This document shows, in pieces, positions 25,704 through 39,773 of a stretch of DNA of 64,000 bases. How positions within the stretch are numbered: position 1 is the stretch's first letter; each line of letters opens with the position of its first letter. The notes beneath the pieces are model-generated. The model searched no databases and had not been told where the DNA came from. It saw only the letters and a list, made by a program, of their open reading frames with translations. The DNA is from Lingula anatina (Eukaryota > Animalia > Brachiopoda), in NCBI GenBank assembly GCA_051362555.1, contig CM120649.1, positions 8,804,001 through 8,868,000 of the forward strand. The letters run 5' to 3'. The translations under genes and the position numbers were made by a program.

Positions 25704-25941
25704 AGGGTACTTGACTTTTGCCTAAAATGCTTTGCCCTTTTGTATGTACTGTATTTGGTGGAAATAGTTTATTTCATAAGGCTGGGAAATATACTAGCAT
25801 GGTCTCAGTTAGAAGTTGACTTATTAGAATATATTAGAGAAAAATGAAAGCTCATTGATATATTCTGATCAAGTAAAACGTTTTTTTTTTTTTTTTTTAG
25901 AATTTTGTACAATATACTCTGGATTGGAGGATGTATACTTT

Positions 25942-28900
25942 TTATGTACAGACACAGATGTGTCTGTACATATTGCCATCACCTGTGTCTGTCGTCGCCG
26001 TTATCGCCGTCCATGTCGCTGTCGCTGTCACCGTCACCGTGCACTTTCAGTGTTAACACTCTAAATGGAAGAGAGTTTTACTTTTTGGCTTTATATTTAC
26101 AGAGCTGATGAATATTCATAAAACGCAGTTCAAGTTCGAAAATCAGCATGATCGGGCCATTATTGTAGAATTTATGCTGTTTTTTCACTTTTCAGCATAT
26201 ATGCAACACTGTTAACACATTTCAAGGAAAACCAATAGGCCTGTTGTCATGAAACTCACAGGAGTAATCAATCTTACTAAAATGCAGATCAAGTTTGAAA
26301 ATCAGCATTATCGGGCCACTATTTTAGTAGTTATGCTTTTTTTTCACTTTTCAGCATATATGCAACACTGTTAACACATTTCAAGGAAAACCGATAGGCC
26401 TGTTGTCATGAAACTCACAGGAGTAATCAATCTTACTAAAATGCAGGTCAAGTTTGAAAATCAGCATAATCGGGCCATTATTTTATAAGTTATGCTGTTT
26501 TTCACATTTTCTCAGATTCAATTCTAAGGCATGTTAACAGTCTCATTATTTAACTAATAAGATACGTAAAAGTGTTTGTTTGACATTTTCTGCATCTTTA
26601 CAACATTGTTAGTTGATTATGTAGAAATGATGGTAAACTTGTTATCATGTATTATATAATAGAGTTTCAAAAATGGAAATAAACTCATATCATTGCAGTT
26701 TGTCAGATTCAATCATTCACTATGTTCAGAATCTCAGAATGAAAGAAATTGGACATTTACACTGCTCTATTGATATGTTTCTCATCTCATCAATTTTCTT
26801 AGTTGATCATATAAAAATGGCAGTAAACTGTTAATTTTGTTATATGTTAAAAAATTGTTAAAAATGGAGAAAAACACATTTCAGGACAGCCGGTCTTGTT
26901 TACATTTTGGCATTTTCAAGGTGTGACTTTGAAATTCCATGGGCCTGAAGACCTTTGCTAGTCACATTTACTGAATTTCCATGATACTAATATTTTATTT
27001 TTAAAAATTGATGGTTATTATCCTGTTAAACATTATGTAATATTGCATCAAAATTTGAAGAAACCTCTATTTTGGGCACTGCTCCCATGATGACCATTTA
27101 AGGAAAACCGTCACTTACTGTTCTCAAACTTAAAGGAAAAAAACATGGGACTTAAATAAAGCTTCAGTGGGCAATGCAGTCTATTTGGTGAATTTTTCTG
27201 GCAGTTAAACAGTTTTTTTGTGAAAATTTAATTTTTCACATATTGGCATTTTCAAGGTGTGACTTAGAATCTCCACGGGCTTGAAGACCCATGCTAGTCA
27301 CATTTTCTGAAAATCCATGATACGTATATTTTATTATTAAAAACTGATGGTAATTATGCTGTTAAGCTTTACGTTATATTGCATCAAAATAGAAGAAAAC
27401 CCAATTTTGGGTGCTGCTGCCTTGATGACCATCATGGGAAAACCATGCTACTTATGATTGTCAAACTTTCAAAAAAGAAACACAGAACTAAAATGCAGCT
27501 CGAGTTGGAAAAGCAGTCTAATTGGCTTCTCTTTCTGGAAGTTATACATTTTAGTGAAATATTCATTTTTATCATGTTGGCATATTCATTGTGGGACTCG
27601 AAGCTCCCATGGTAATCAAATTTTCTACATGTCCATGCTATTTATAGTCAATAATCAAAAATTGGTGATAATTATTCTGTAATTTATTATGTAATGTTAC
27701 ATCAAAATTGACAAAAATCTTTTTGCACTGTTACTACAAACATCATGAAAAGAAAACTGTGTTACTTATTATTATTTTCAACTTACAAGTATGATTTTTA
27801 GGATGGGCATGCAGTTCAAAATTAGAAAGCCAGCTTAATTGGGTTATCATTTATTATTGAATTTATGCAGTTTTTTGTGAAATTTTTATTTTTATGTACA
27901 GACACAGATGTGTCTGTACATATTGCCATCACCTGCGTCTGTCGTCGCCGATCATGTCGCCGTCGCCGTCGCCGTGCACTTTCAGCGTTAACACCATAAG
28001 TGGAAGACGGTTTTACTTTTTGACTTTATATTTACAGAGCTGACTAATATTCATAAAATGCAGGTCAAGTTCGAAAATCAGCATGATCGGGCCATTAATG
28101 TAGAATTTATGCTGTTTTTTCACTTTTTAGCATATATGCAACACTGTTAACACATTTCAAGGAAACCGATAGACCTGTTGTCATGAAACTCACAGGAGTA
28201 ATCAATCTTACTAAAATGCAGATCAAGTTCGAAAATCAGCATGATCGGGCCACTATTTTAGTAGTTATGCTGTTTTTTCACTTTTTAGCATATATGCAAC
28301 ACTGTTAACACATTTCAAGGAAAACCGATAGACCTGTTGTCATGAAACTCACAGGAGTAATCAATCTTACTAAAACGCAGGTCAAGTTCGAAAATCGGCC
28401 TGATCGGGCCACTATTTTACTAGTTATACTGTTTTTTACACTTTTCAGCATATATGCAACACTGTAAACACAATATAAGAAAAACAGATGGGCCAATTGT
28501 TATGAAAGTCACAGGAGTGGTCAAATTTACTAAAATGCAGATTGAGTTCGTTAATCAGCATAATCGTGCCATTATTTTAGAAGGTATGCTGTTTTTTCAC
28601 ATTTCCTCAGATTCAATTTTTAGGCATGTTAACAGTCTCATTATTAAACTAATAAGATACGTAAAAGTGTTTGGTTGACATTTCCTGCATCTTTACAACA
28701 TTGTTAGTTGATTTTGTAAAAATGATGGTAAACATGTTATCGTGTATTGTGTAATAAAGTTTCAAAAATGGAAATAAACTCATATCATTGCAGTTTGTCA
28801 GATTCAATCATCATTATGTTCAGAATCTCAGAATGAAAGAAATTGGACATTTACACTGCTCTATTGATATGTTTCTCATCTCATCAATTTTCTTAGTTGA

Positions 28901-30064
28901 TCATATAAAAATGGCAGTAAACTGTTAATTTTGTTTTATGTTAAAAATTGTTAAAAATGGGGAAAAAAACATTTCAGAACAACAACATTTGTTTACATTT
29001 TGCCATTTTCAAGTTGTGACTTTGAAGTTCCATGGGCCTGAAAACCTTTGCTAGTCACATTTTCTGAATATCCATGATACTAATATTTTATTATTAAAAA
29101 TTGATGGTCATTATGCTGTTAAACATTATGTAATATTGCATCAAAATTTGAAAAAAACCTATTTTGGGCACTGCTCCCATGATTACCTTTTAAGAAAAAC
29201 CATGTCACTTACTGCTCTCAAACTTACAGGAAAGAAACATGGGACTAAAATACAGCTTCAGTAGGCAATGCAATCTGCCAGTTAAACAGTTTTTTTGTGA
29301 AAATTTAATTTTTCACACATTGGCATTTTCAAGGTGTGACTTTGAAGTTCCACAGGCTTGAAGACCCAGGCTAGTCACATTTTCTGAAAATCCATGATAC
29401 ATATATTTTGTTATTAAAAATTGATTGTCATTATGCTGTTAACCATTATGTAATTTTGCATCAGAATAGAAGAAAACACAATTTTGGGTGCTGCTGCCAT
29501 GATGACCATTATGGGAAAACCATGTTACTTATGATTGCCAAACTTTCAAAAAAGAAATACAGGACTAAAATGTAGCCTGAGTTGGAAAAGCAGTCTAATT
29601 GACTTCTTTTTCTGGAAGTTTTACATTTTCAAAGTGTGAACTTGAACTCCCATGGGCCTGAAGCCTTATGCTTGTTTCACATTTTACTTACATTGGTATT
29701 ACCTGTTGAGCATAATTAAAATTTGATGTTGAATTTGCAGTTTAACATAATGTACTTTTGCATCAGAATTGACAGTAGCCTATTTTGTTATTACCTGCTT
29801 TTTGTCTGTACATTTGACAGCTTTGCTGCCTTGTTCTCATTCTGGCATTTTCAAAGTGTGAACTTGAACTTCCATGGGCCTGAAGCCTTATGCTTGTTAC
29901 ACATTTTACTTACATTGGTATTACCTGTTGAGCATAATTAAATTTTGATGTTGAATTTGCAGTTAAGCATAATGTACTTTTGCATCAGAATTGACAGTAG
30001 CCTATTTTGTGCATTGTTATTGTCTGCTTTTTGTCTATACATTTGACAGCTTTGCTGCCTTGTT
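25942..30064 (+). mobile_element. Family-3 HINE copy B (split by copy C)
   Basis: Same termini as copy A. Internal 159-bp repeats (caagtt at 26131, 26290, 26449). The sequence before 27892 resumes at 29836, as in uninterrupted copy D (about 44020-44060). Confidence 0.88.
27892..29835 (+). mobile_element. Family-3 HINE copy C, nested in copy B
   Basis: Both termini are complete. Inserted in a T-run with no TSD. Confidence 0.88.
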
Positions 30065-30189
30065 TTTATTAAGCATACAGAGGAATCGTACAAAATATTG
30101 TCAAAAATATCAGTAATATCAATCATCATATAGCATTTCGTAAGCATATGTAAAATGTATACAGTGGGAAATAATCACAATGTGAGGTC

Positions 30190-31385
30190 ACTGAAGCACA
30201 TTATGTAACAGATTCCATCATTCAGTATATTCTACATATTTTCCATTACTTATATACATGTATTTTTCCATTTCGAAATATTTTTTTAGTTTATTTTGTA
30301 AACATTGAAAATCTTATCTTTTTTCATTCATTCTTTTTTCATATATATATAATACTTCGTTACCAGTATGAGTATACTAATGGCTGCACATTTTGTATTG
30401 TTTTTCAGAAACAATATATCTGCTAAAGAAAAATTAATATTCAAGAGTGATTTCTCATTTATCAAGTTTTTAAAATCTTCTCTTAGCGGTTGAACCAAAT
30501 CACAATAAAAGAACAAATGTTCAATGCTTTCATTTTCCTTTTCACAAAAAGAACACAATGAGCTATCTTTAACCTTAATTCTTTTTAGAAATTCGTTTGT
30601 TGCAATAATTCTATGTACTATTCTATATTGAAACCATCTTAAAGTAGTATCTTTCGTAAAGTAGAAAATATTTTTATTTATCAAGGTCCAGTCTAAATTT
30701 TCATCAATATCTTTTTTCATCTCCCATTTAGCCTCAGATGCCGGTTTACAATATGCATTATTAATCAATATATCATATATTGACCGCGATCCCTTAGATT
30801 CTTTACTGATTATTTCTATAAATTAAGGTCTGTTTGACGTTTTCTTCCCTTAGCTGTGGCCACCATTGTGTAATTGCAGTCCTAACTCCGAGAAATAATG
30901 TAAACGGACATTTAATGTCATACTGGGAACTAAATGTTTCAAAAGAATGCAGTTTTCCACTATTTTCAAACAGGTCATTTACTATATTTACACCCCTATC
31001 ATTCCAAGACTTGAAATAAATATCATTATTATCCACCATCACCTCTGAACTATTCCATATAGGCTTTTTCAAAATATCTTCCAAAGTATCTGAACTTGAG
31101 ATATCTCTTTTAAAATCCGCAAGATAAAGAACGGTTTCTTTCTAGAAATAATTGGTCATGTTTTTCGCACACCTAACCAAGTATAAGTCTCCCCGATCAA
31201 TAAGTCGATTTATATTAATGTTTTGTGTGTCTATCATAAGTCTAACCCAATCTGTGTCATTTCTTGTCAATAGTTTCCTTATCCAAGTTAATTTTAAGCT
31301 TTTTATAAACGTTCTTATGTCAATCATTCGACAGCCTCCACATTCTATTGGTTCCAATCTTTTTATCGTTTCATCTTTTGTTAAT
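30190..31385 (-). mobile_element. 5'-truncated Tx1/L1-clade LINE ORF2 C-terminus (zf-RVT region), disrupted
   Basis: Fragments GGCRMIDIRTFIKSLKLTWIRKLL, PIWNSSEV..YFKSWNDRGV and LRWFQYRIVHRIIATN..CSFCEKENESIEHLFFYC (CCHC), broken by stops and frameshifts. Confidence 0.85.
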
Positions 31386-31649
31386 TCACAGGGCAATGAA
31401 GTCTGGTGGGGTAAAAGGAACACAATATCCCACAGGTCCTGCGGTCTACTGGCTTAAAGTTTAAAATGGGTGATTATTGGAAGATGGACAGGAAAAACAT
31501 TTTCATTATTAATTTACTCATATGATTTCAGAAATAGAACAGTCAAGCCCAAACACACACATATACTATTATTACACACACACACACACACACATGTACA
31601 CACATACTATTATTACACACACATGCACACACACACGCACACTTTATTA

Positions 31650-31965
31650 TTTTAACAAATCTACATTAACAAATTTTTAGTTTTTAAACATGTTGAAACT
31701 TTTATTAACAATAAAAACAAACAATGCCAATCCTTGTCACAATGCTAAACAACCCAGAAGGTAGAGGTAAACACAACATCACTTAGCACCAAGATGTCGC
31801 TTACTGCATGTTAAAACTAAAATTCTTAACTACAATTTTAACAAATCTACATTAAGAAACTTTTAGTTTTTAAACATGTTGAAACTTTTATTAACAATAA
31901 AAACAAACAATACCAGACAAGATGTCGCTTACTGCATGTTAAAACTAAAATTTTTAACTACAATT
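31650..31965 (+). repeat. Local tandem duplication (two copies, the second internally deleted)
   Basis: ttttaacaaatctacattaa...aaacaaacaat and caagatgtcgcttactgcatgttaaaactaaaatt each occur twice. Confidence 0.85.
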
Positions 31966-33724
31966 GTGCACACATACATGCACACATACATGCACACATA
32001 CATGTATATACACACACACACACATGTACACACTTACAAACACTATTATCACACACATACACATGTACACACTTACAAACACTATTATCACACACATACA
32101 CATGTACACACTTACAAACACTATTATCACACACATACACATGTACACACTTACAAACACTATTATCACACACATACACGTACACACTTACAAACACTAT
32201 TATCACACACATACACATGTACACACTTACAAACACTATTATCACACACATACACATGTACACACTTACAAACACTATTATCACACACATACACGTACAC
32301 ACTTACAAACACTATTATCACACACATACACATGTACACACTATTATCACACACACACACATGTACACACATGTACACAGACGTACACACATGTACACAC
32401 TTACAAACTATTATCACACACATACGTACACACTTACAAACACTATTATCACACACATACACATGTACACACTTACAAACACTATTATCACACACATACA
32501 CATGTACACACTTACAAACACTATTATCACACACATACACATGTACACACTATTATCACACACACACACATGTACACACATGTACACAGACGTACACACA
32601 TGTACACACTTACAAACTATTATCACACACATACACACGTACACACTTACAAACACTATTATCACACACATACACACGTACACACTTACAAACACTATTA
32701 TCACACACATACACATGTACACACTTACAAACACTATTATCACACACATACACATGTACACACTATTATCACACACACACACATGTACACACATGTACAC
32801 AGACGTACACACATGTACACACTTACAAACACTATTATCACACACACACATGTACACACTATTATCACACACATACACATGTACACACTATTATCACACA
32901 CATACACATGTACACACTTACAAACACTATTATCACACACATACACATGTACACACTTACAAACACTATTATCACACACATACACATGTACACACTTACA
33001 AACACTATTATCACACACATACACATGTACACACTTACAACCACTATTATCACACACATACACATGTACACACTTACAACCACTATTATCACACACATAC
33101 ACATGTACACACTTACAAACACTATTATCACACACATACACGTACACACTTACAAACACTATTATCACACACATACACATGTACACACTTACAAACACTA
33201 TTATCACACACATACACATGTACACACTTACAAACACTATTATCTCACACATACACGTACACACTTACAAACACTATTATCACACACATACACACTTACA
33301 CACTCTATTATCACACACATACACACTTACACACTTACAAACACTATTATCACACACATACACACGTACACACTTACAAACACTATTATCACACACATAC
33401 ACATGTACACACTTACAAACACTATTATCACACACATACACATGTACACACTTACAAACACTATTATCACACACATACACATGTACACACTATTATCACA
33501 CACACACACATGTACACACATGTACACAGACGTACACACATGTACACACTTACAAACACTATTATCACACACACACATGTACACACTATTATCACACACA
33601 TACACATGTACACACTATTATCACACACATACACACGTACACACTTACAAACACTATTATCACACACATACACATGTACACACTTACAAACACTATTATC
33701 ACACACATACACATGTACACTATT
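31966..33724. repeat. 39-bp CA-rich minisatellite with shorter variant units
   Basis: Unit cacatgtacacacttacaaacactattatcacacacata (cttacaaa at 32033, 32072, 32111). The unit has no plus-strand stop codon, which produces the 500-630 aa ORFs. Confidence 0.97.
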
Positions 33725-35060
33725 GCTACATTCTAACAGATACCTTAGCTTGTAAATTCTTATGATATATAAGTTCCCTCTCTTTTAATTTTTATGAAAA
33801 TTGGCTAGATGTAATGATTTTAATGTAGTCATTTATTTATTTATTTGTTTATTTATTTACTTAAAACCACCTTTAAAAGATGAGTAAAAGAATAAATATA
33901 TATAAAATAATACAATATATAAGAACAGTCCCGCCAACATATATTCTTTTGAGAGTCTGTTCTGATAGCAGGGGCTGTTTACTAAGAATCTCATATCAAC
34001 CAGCCCTGCCGGCACATGCATGTCCGGGCCAGCATTTCAAGTTCCTGATCCACTCAAACAGAAGATTGGATTCGCAACACAAGAAACAGTCCTTCACTAA
34101 CAGCAACGATCCCTTCACTATGGAATAATTAAGAAAATGAGACAGTTGATGAATTAAAAGTTTAAGATATATGGTGTGTCAATTGCTCATTACCCTGCGT
34201 TATAGTGATTCGATCTACATTTCTAGATAAAGTATAACTAATTTTCGGAATATGTATGGCTTCTAGGAGATCAGAGGTATGAGATCGCGAAGATAAACCC
34301 ATGAATCTTGTGACCTGTTTGTTTTGTAATGTATTCTGGTCTTGTATATTTTTATTAAACATACAGATAGTTAACTTAGTTCCGTAGGTTATAAGGAGGG
34401 ACACTAGTGCACCCCATATATACGATTTAGGTTTTGTGTCCAGACCCTTATAGCACACCCCATGCAACATTGCTCCATAATATGCCTTGGTTGCTAGGAG
34501 CCGTGTGGTCATTCACCGTGCAGTTGCTATTAAACGTCACACACAGAATATTTAAAGAGGCTGTCGTTTCCATAGGATATAGACCTAAGACCCGGGAAGG
34601 GGGTGTTTTCAATAAGACTTTTCTTACTGTCATACATTTCGATTTTTTTTGACTAAATTTTGTTCTCCAGCACAGGGAGCAGTCGTGACAAACATTAATC
34701 AGCACTTGAAGTCCAGTCACAGTTGTAGAAAAAATTGTTAAATCATCAGCACAGGTAATATTATCATGTAAGTTATTTCCGATTAAAACACCAGCATGCC
34801 CGCAGTGGTACAGGGCACACTGGGGAGGATTATAGACTCAATAAGTTTAGAGTATGTAGTGCTGATGGTGATTGGCTGGTAGTTCTTCGGATGGTTTGGG
34901 TTTAGTCCAAGCTTTTTCAGTATGGGGATTAACACCCCCTCTGCAAAGGTGACCTGGACAATATTGTAACGCAGAATAATGCAGAATAGCAAAAAGATCA
35001 CATAACACGTCGCTTTTAGCAAAGGCAATATGTTCGGCAATTATGTCATCGATGCCTGGA

Positions 35061-37160
35061 CAGGCCTTCCCAACTACCAGACTCGGCACCTACGGGTCCA
35101 GAATAAACCGGTATATCTGACCACACTACCCGTTTTTAAGGTGTGTGTCAGATCGCATAAAAGAGTATCATACCCTATCACAAATTCTGTAAGCCTACCT
35201 GTCATCCGGGTATCGCGCCTCGTTTTCGTCAAGTAGAAGTCGTATGAATACAACTCCCTCAATCAGGGGGTGGAAACGAGCTACTTATATGATTAAGACG
35301 AGCCTAGCCGTCAGTACCGGTTATTGTTTTGTGACCTTGAGGAGCATGAACGCATGAACAGTAGTTGAACTACCACACCTGGGTCTTTTGTTTTTGACAA
35401 CTGTTCACTCGTCATCGAGGCGCTTGTTCAAGACTACAGGCTGATATCTACTAGTACTACCAGTGGCTTCATTAAACCCCCTTTACACTGGACGGCGTCC
35501 TTTCTGCGTCCTTTGTGCGTCCATGAAACTAGCCAGGACGCCGTCGGACGCTCAAAGAACGCACAGTGATCGCCAAGGTCGCACAGAGAACGTTCAAGCA
35601 TCGCCGAGGACGCCATGGACGCCGCGATGTTTTGAACATGTTCAAAACAATCGCAGAGAGAACGCAATGGAGGATGGTCGCTCAATGGACGCAGAAAGGA
35701 CGCACAAGCATCGCCGTGGTCGCAGAGAGGACGCACAAGCAACGCTGCGGTCGCAGAGAGGACGCACAAGCATCGCCGCGGTCGTAGAAAGGAGGCACAA
35801 GCATCGCTTCGGTTGCAGAATGAAAACTCAAAGATCGTCCATTTTTTTCACTCTCAAACGGGGCCGTGATGAAGTATTTTTCACCAGACAGGAATTCTAA
35901 GGGCAACAGTGTTCTCATATCAGCCTCCGATTGTTTTTACCCTAAAATTCATGAAACGATCCATTTTTTTAGGTTATTATAAAACGAATATTTTGCCCTT
36001 TTTTACAAGATGAATTAATTGTCAGAACTTTTTGCAGAATGCGTCATTTGAAAATGGATTCAAATATTCTATGTTGTGTCAGTCACACTTTCTCGTTTTC
36101 GGCGCCTGTCAATTCTTCTTATAAGGATAACAATGAGCGTCTGACTGTTTATCAGTCCATGTAGACCTTGCATCACTATAGTTTAAAGCGTTTATTCCCA
36201 TTTATTTGTTTTGTGTGCTGGAAATGTTCTTTATCGGATGACCTGGTTAGGACCGATGAAAGAATATGAGTTAGAATATAGAGAAGGACGCCCAAACAAC
36301 GCTCATCGGTCAAGCAGGATGCAGAATGATCGTAGAATAGACGCCACTGATCGCCGATGAAGGTACAGAGAACACAGCAAGAATGTTCCATGGTCGCTCC
36401 AACATCGCAATGAACGCACAGGTTTGCACAGGGGACGTACAGTGGAGGCAGGCAGGTTGCTCGCAGTTTTACAGGTAAAATCAAGATTCGGTCGTTCAAA
36501 GGACGCACAAGGGACGCAGACGACTTTACACTGAGACACGATTTAATTGCTTTGGCGACCGTTGAGCGTCCTGACCACATTTTTGAACGCAGAAGGGACG
36601 CAGAAAGGACGCCGTCCAGTGTAAAGGGGCCCTTAGTAACATTCCCACAATACTTAAGTTTTCTGTCCGTGCGTACAGACCCTGAAAAAGGACAGCCTCG
36701 CTGACGAGAACAATGGACGTTTCTAGCCCCTCTCTAGGATTACCCCTGCCCTCAATCTCGTCCATCCCGGTAGTCATGAAAATATATAGCCCCCGACAGA
36801 ATATGCTTCCGCTATCAAAATTAGGTCTACTTTTCTAAATTAATATATAAGTTTGCAAGTTCTTATTTACAAAACATCATTGGCTATGTCCGAACCTAAA
36901 TTTTATGTTAAAAATTGCGGTACTGTCAGATTTTAGCATAAACAGAGAAAATTGCAGCAGCGCATGAATCTAGATGAGATGCACTACTTTCCAACCCCGC
37001 TTAGGATCATTGCTATCACATCGCGCACCAGGCAAAATCGGTGTGGTGGCTGATACTCTGTAATGCGATCTGACACACACCTTGAAAACGGGTAGTGTGG
37101 TCTGATAAACCGGTTTATACTGGACCCGTAGGTGCCGAGTCTGGTAGTTGGGAAGGCCTG
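35061..37160. mobile_element. Non-autonomous DNA transposon with about 110-bp TIRs and 5-bp TSD (hAT5-like?)
   Basis: TIR caggccttcccaactaccagactcggcacctacgggtcca... (35061-35170) matches the reverse complement of 37051-37160. TSD ctgga at 35056-35060 and 37161-37165. Confidence 0.9.
35475..36632 (+). mobile_element. PIF/Harbinger-like non-autonomous element nested in 35061-37160
   Basis: Same TIRs as 8783-9005. TTA TSD (35472-35474, 36633-36635). Four 31-bp subterminal repeats aggacgcacaagcatcgcc..ggtcgcagag (about 35697-35820). Confidence 0.88.
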
Positions 37161-37912
37161 CTGGAGAACAATTTCTTTTCAGGCTATCCATAACTTGTTG
37201 AGTAGTGACTGTTATATTAGTTTGAGAACCAAGTAATGATTTGTAGCACATCTCAACAACCTAAGAGATGTGAGCTTGCTCTGAGGTCAGGTCCTTGCTG
37301 CCCGTCATAATCCCTTTATGAAATTGGGCAAATTGAGTAGCAGTTAAGTTCAAGTTTGGCTTTACAGAGTCCCTCCTCCTAAGCTTTTTCCACAGCCTAT
37401 TTTTGTTCCTGGTATAAAATAGATTCTTCATTTCATTTATTTCAGAGTTAATTGTGTTTTGGGAATACTAGCAACAGAAGTTTCTGCAGTCATAAATTAC
37501 GCCTTTCTGAGGGTGGCCATTTGATGTCCAGATTTTGCCACCAGAGTTTTTTCTTTACTTGCAATTGACTCAAGTGTGGGCACCACCAATGCTTGAATGA
37601 AGATTTATTGTGTACTGAGCAACCAGCCTCTCTAGCTGCTTCATGGCAAATGTTGCTTAGGCTGGTCATTGCTCCCTTGATCTCGTTTTCTATTTTATCG
37701 GGCTGTAGCGATTCAAACGCCTGCAAATTAACATATTATTATATATTTTCAGGCTGCACTGTTTCATAAGTCCATGATTAAGAAGACATTTCCTCTGATT
37801 GGCCAGTGGTAGCCATGAAGGCTTCTGGAGAATATCTGTTTTCCACCTGTATTTAGAAAAGTCTTTGAATTCCAAGAAAAAAAGGAGGTAGGCTGAAAGG
37901 GAGCAGTGATCA

Positions 37913-38195
37913 CCCGCACGAAAACGCAGTAGACACTCCAGCGCAGTAGACTACTGCAATCATACGGCAAACATGCCTCAAATCTGCTTCGATTTGGGAG
38001 CTTATTAGCATATTTGAAACATGCTTCTATCATGCTGCTAATCTACTGCCTTAATGCTCCTCTCTGTACAAACCTATGTACTTTTTGGAGTAGAATTGCA
38101 GTAGGCTATACTGCATTTCTACTGCAAATATGCTCTACACCACTACTGCACTAATGCTTCTTTGCTACTTCAATACTACTGCATTTTCATGTGGG
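37913..38195. mobile_element. EnSpm/CMC-like MITE with 2-bp TSD
   Basis: TIR cccgcacgaaaacgcagtag / ctactgcattttcatgtggg, with CA on both sides. Repeated ctactgca subterminal motifs. Confidence 0.7.
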
Positions 38196-38791
38196 CAATA
38201 GCAGAGAGGAGGAAACCATGTGATTAACAGAAAAAGTGGAAGCTATTGGCATATACAAAATTGCATAATGTCACTGTAAGACAAATAACTCCTCACTGTC
38301 AGCTAAACATTTTTAAATATTAGTGTATAGAAATGAGATCTTTCAAAAAAACTGTGAAATAGTTATTCCATTTATTGACTGAGGCAGTTGATAATGATTT
38401 ATTTTGTAAAACTAAACATTAAATAAATTGTTGGATAATTTGCCCAAATCAGCGACTTATTTAAATGAAAACAGTTATTAATTTCAAAAACTATAAAATC
38501 TGTAGGTATGATTATGTGGATTTAAAGAAAGGTTGTGTGATGATCCTCTTTAATACAGAGTTCAAAGACCTAGATGATGTCAACACTGGATAGGTGTTTA
38601 TGCAGGTGAGTCATGAGTTTGCAAAAACAATAAGCATTGCCCTCTTTTTCATCACTTCAAAAATTAATTTAGATGAATTCCTGCTTTAAAATGGCAACTC
38701 CATTGCACATCTTAAATTGTTTTTATAGTTATAGAAAAAGATCTAAAGAACAGCTTAACTTCATGTCATTTAGAAAAGTGATGTGGTCCTA

Positions 38792-39042
38792 GGGACCATT
38801 CCCAGACCCTATCATACTAACTGTGAATCGATCTATCTTCAAGGGGATTCTCACTAAATTGCAATCAACTTAAGCAGCTTAGATGTCTGCCATGCCTACT
38901 GAACCTGTTAAGGGGTAATTTATTATCATTTAACAGCTTCAGTAGGCATCCCAGACATCTAAGCCGCTGGAAGCAATTGAGCGAGAAACCCATTGAAGAT
39001 GGATCAATCATGTTAGATCAATCTAGGTATAGGAACCCAGTC
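38792..39042. mobile_element. Palindromic MITE, same family as 3738-3984
   Basis: Ends gggaccattccca ... ggaacccagtc. Foldback centred near 38920. Confidence 0.7.
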
Positions 39043-39773
39043 TTAATATTTGCTATGGCTACAGGTTTGATGTACTAGTACTAATACTATTACTAATAGA
39101 TAATATTTTTCCTATAACATGAATTAATATTATATGAATCAATATCATAGAACCTATTTGGGTTTTATGTAAATAGGATGATGGTTTACTCATATTGCCA
39201 ATGTTAATGAATGGTTGTGTTCAGTTGATAGATTAAAATATTGAAAGAGCACAGACACAGTAGTATTGATGGCTGGTCAGAAAACCAAACCAAACCAAAC
39301 CAAAAGATTTGGAACAATGGAAAAAAACATATTTTACTTCTATTATAGACAGACCATACCTGTTGAGGTAAAAATATCTGATTTTTTTAAAAGAACTTTA
39401 CAATTCATGTGTCACCTCTCTTGCCTATAGATGCCATTGAATCTGCTTCATACAGCGTAGAAGATATTTGTTTGAGTGTTTATATACAGACACTGTATTT
39501 GTGTCTATATATATTCTGATATCTATGGGTTCATTCTCACAGACACCATAGGTCAACTTAGAGTGATCCATCTCTGTGCTTGGACTCTCGCCAAGTGCAA
39601 TCAGCTTAATTGAATGACACGTCTCTGAAGGCATTGAATAGAATACAAAATAGCTGCTGATTATGCAAGTATGATGGAAACAAGAGGAGACCTGTCATTC
39701 ACTTAACGCTGTTTGCACTCAGAAAGAGTCCCTGCAAATCTACGATCGATGTTTTGTTGATTTTTCATTTCAG

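Larger units (their letters stand above)
33831..37870 (-). mobile_element. Decayed non-LTR retrotransposon (RT; RTE-X-like, clade uncertain), interrupted at 35061-37160
   Basis: Fragments KHWW, SLKRNCSP|GIDDIIAEHI (rejoined across the insertion), GVLIPILKK..NYQPITISTTYSKLIE and CADDLTIFSTTVTGLQVLINVC. A (TAAA)n tail lies at 33831-33860. Confidence 0.8.

Noticed and set aside
25855-26108. CRRRYRRPCRCRC-type peptides (also at 41102-41617 and 44513-44905)
   Set aside because: They come from the (gtcgcc)n tract at the family-3 HINE 5' end and are not protamine or metallothionein genes.
31876-33765. 629, 590 and 512 aa His/Thr-rich ORFs as genes
   Set aside because: All three frames are open only because the 39-bp unit lacks stops, and unit-length variants shift the frame freely.
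35434-36580. Arg-rich ORFs inside the Harbinger-like element
   Set aside because: They arise from GC-rich 31-bp subterminal repeats. No DDE or Myb motifs were recognised.
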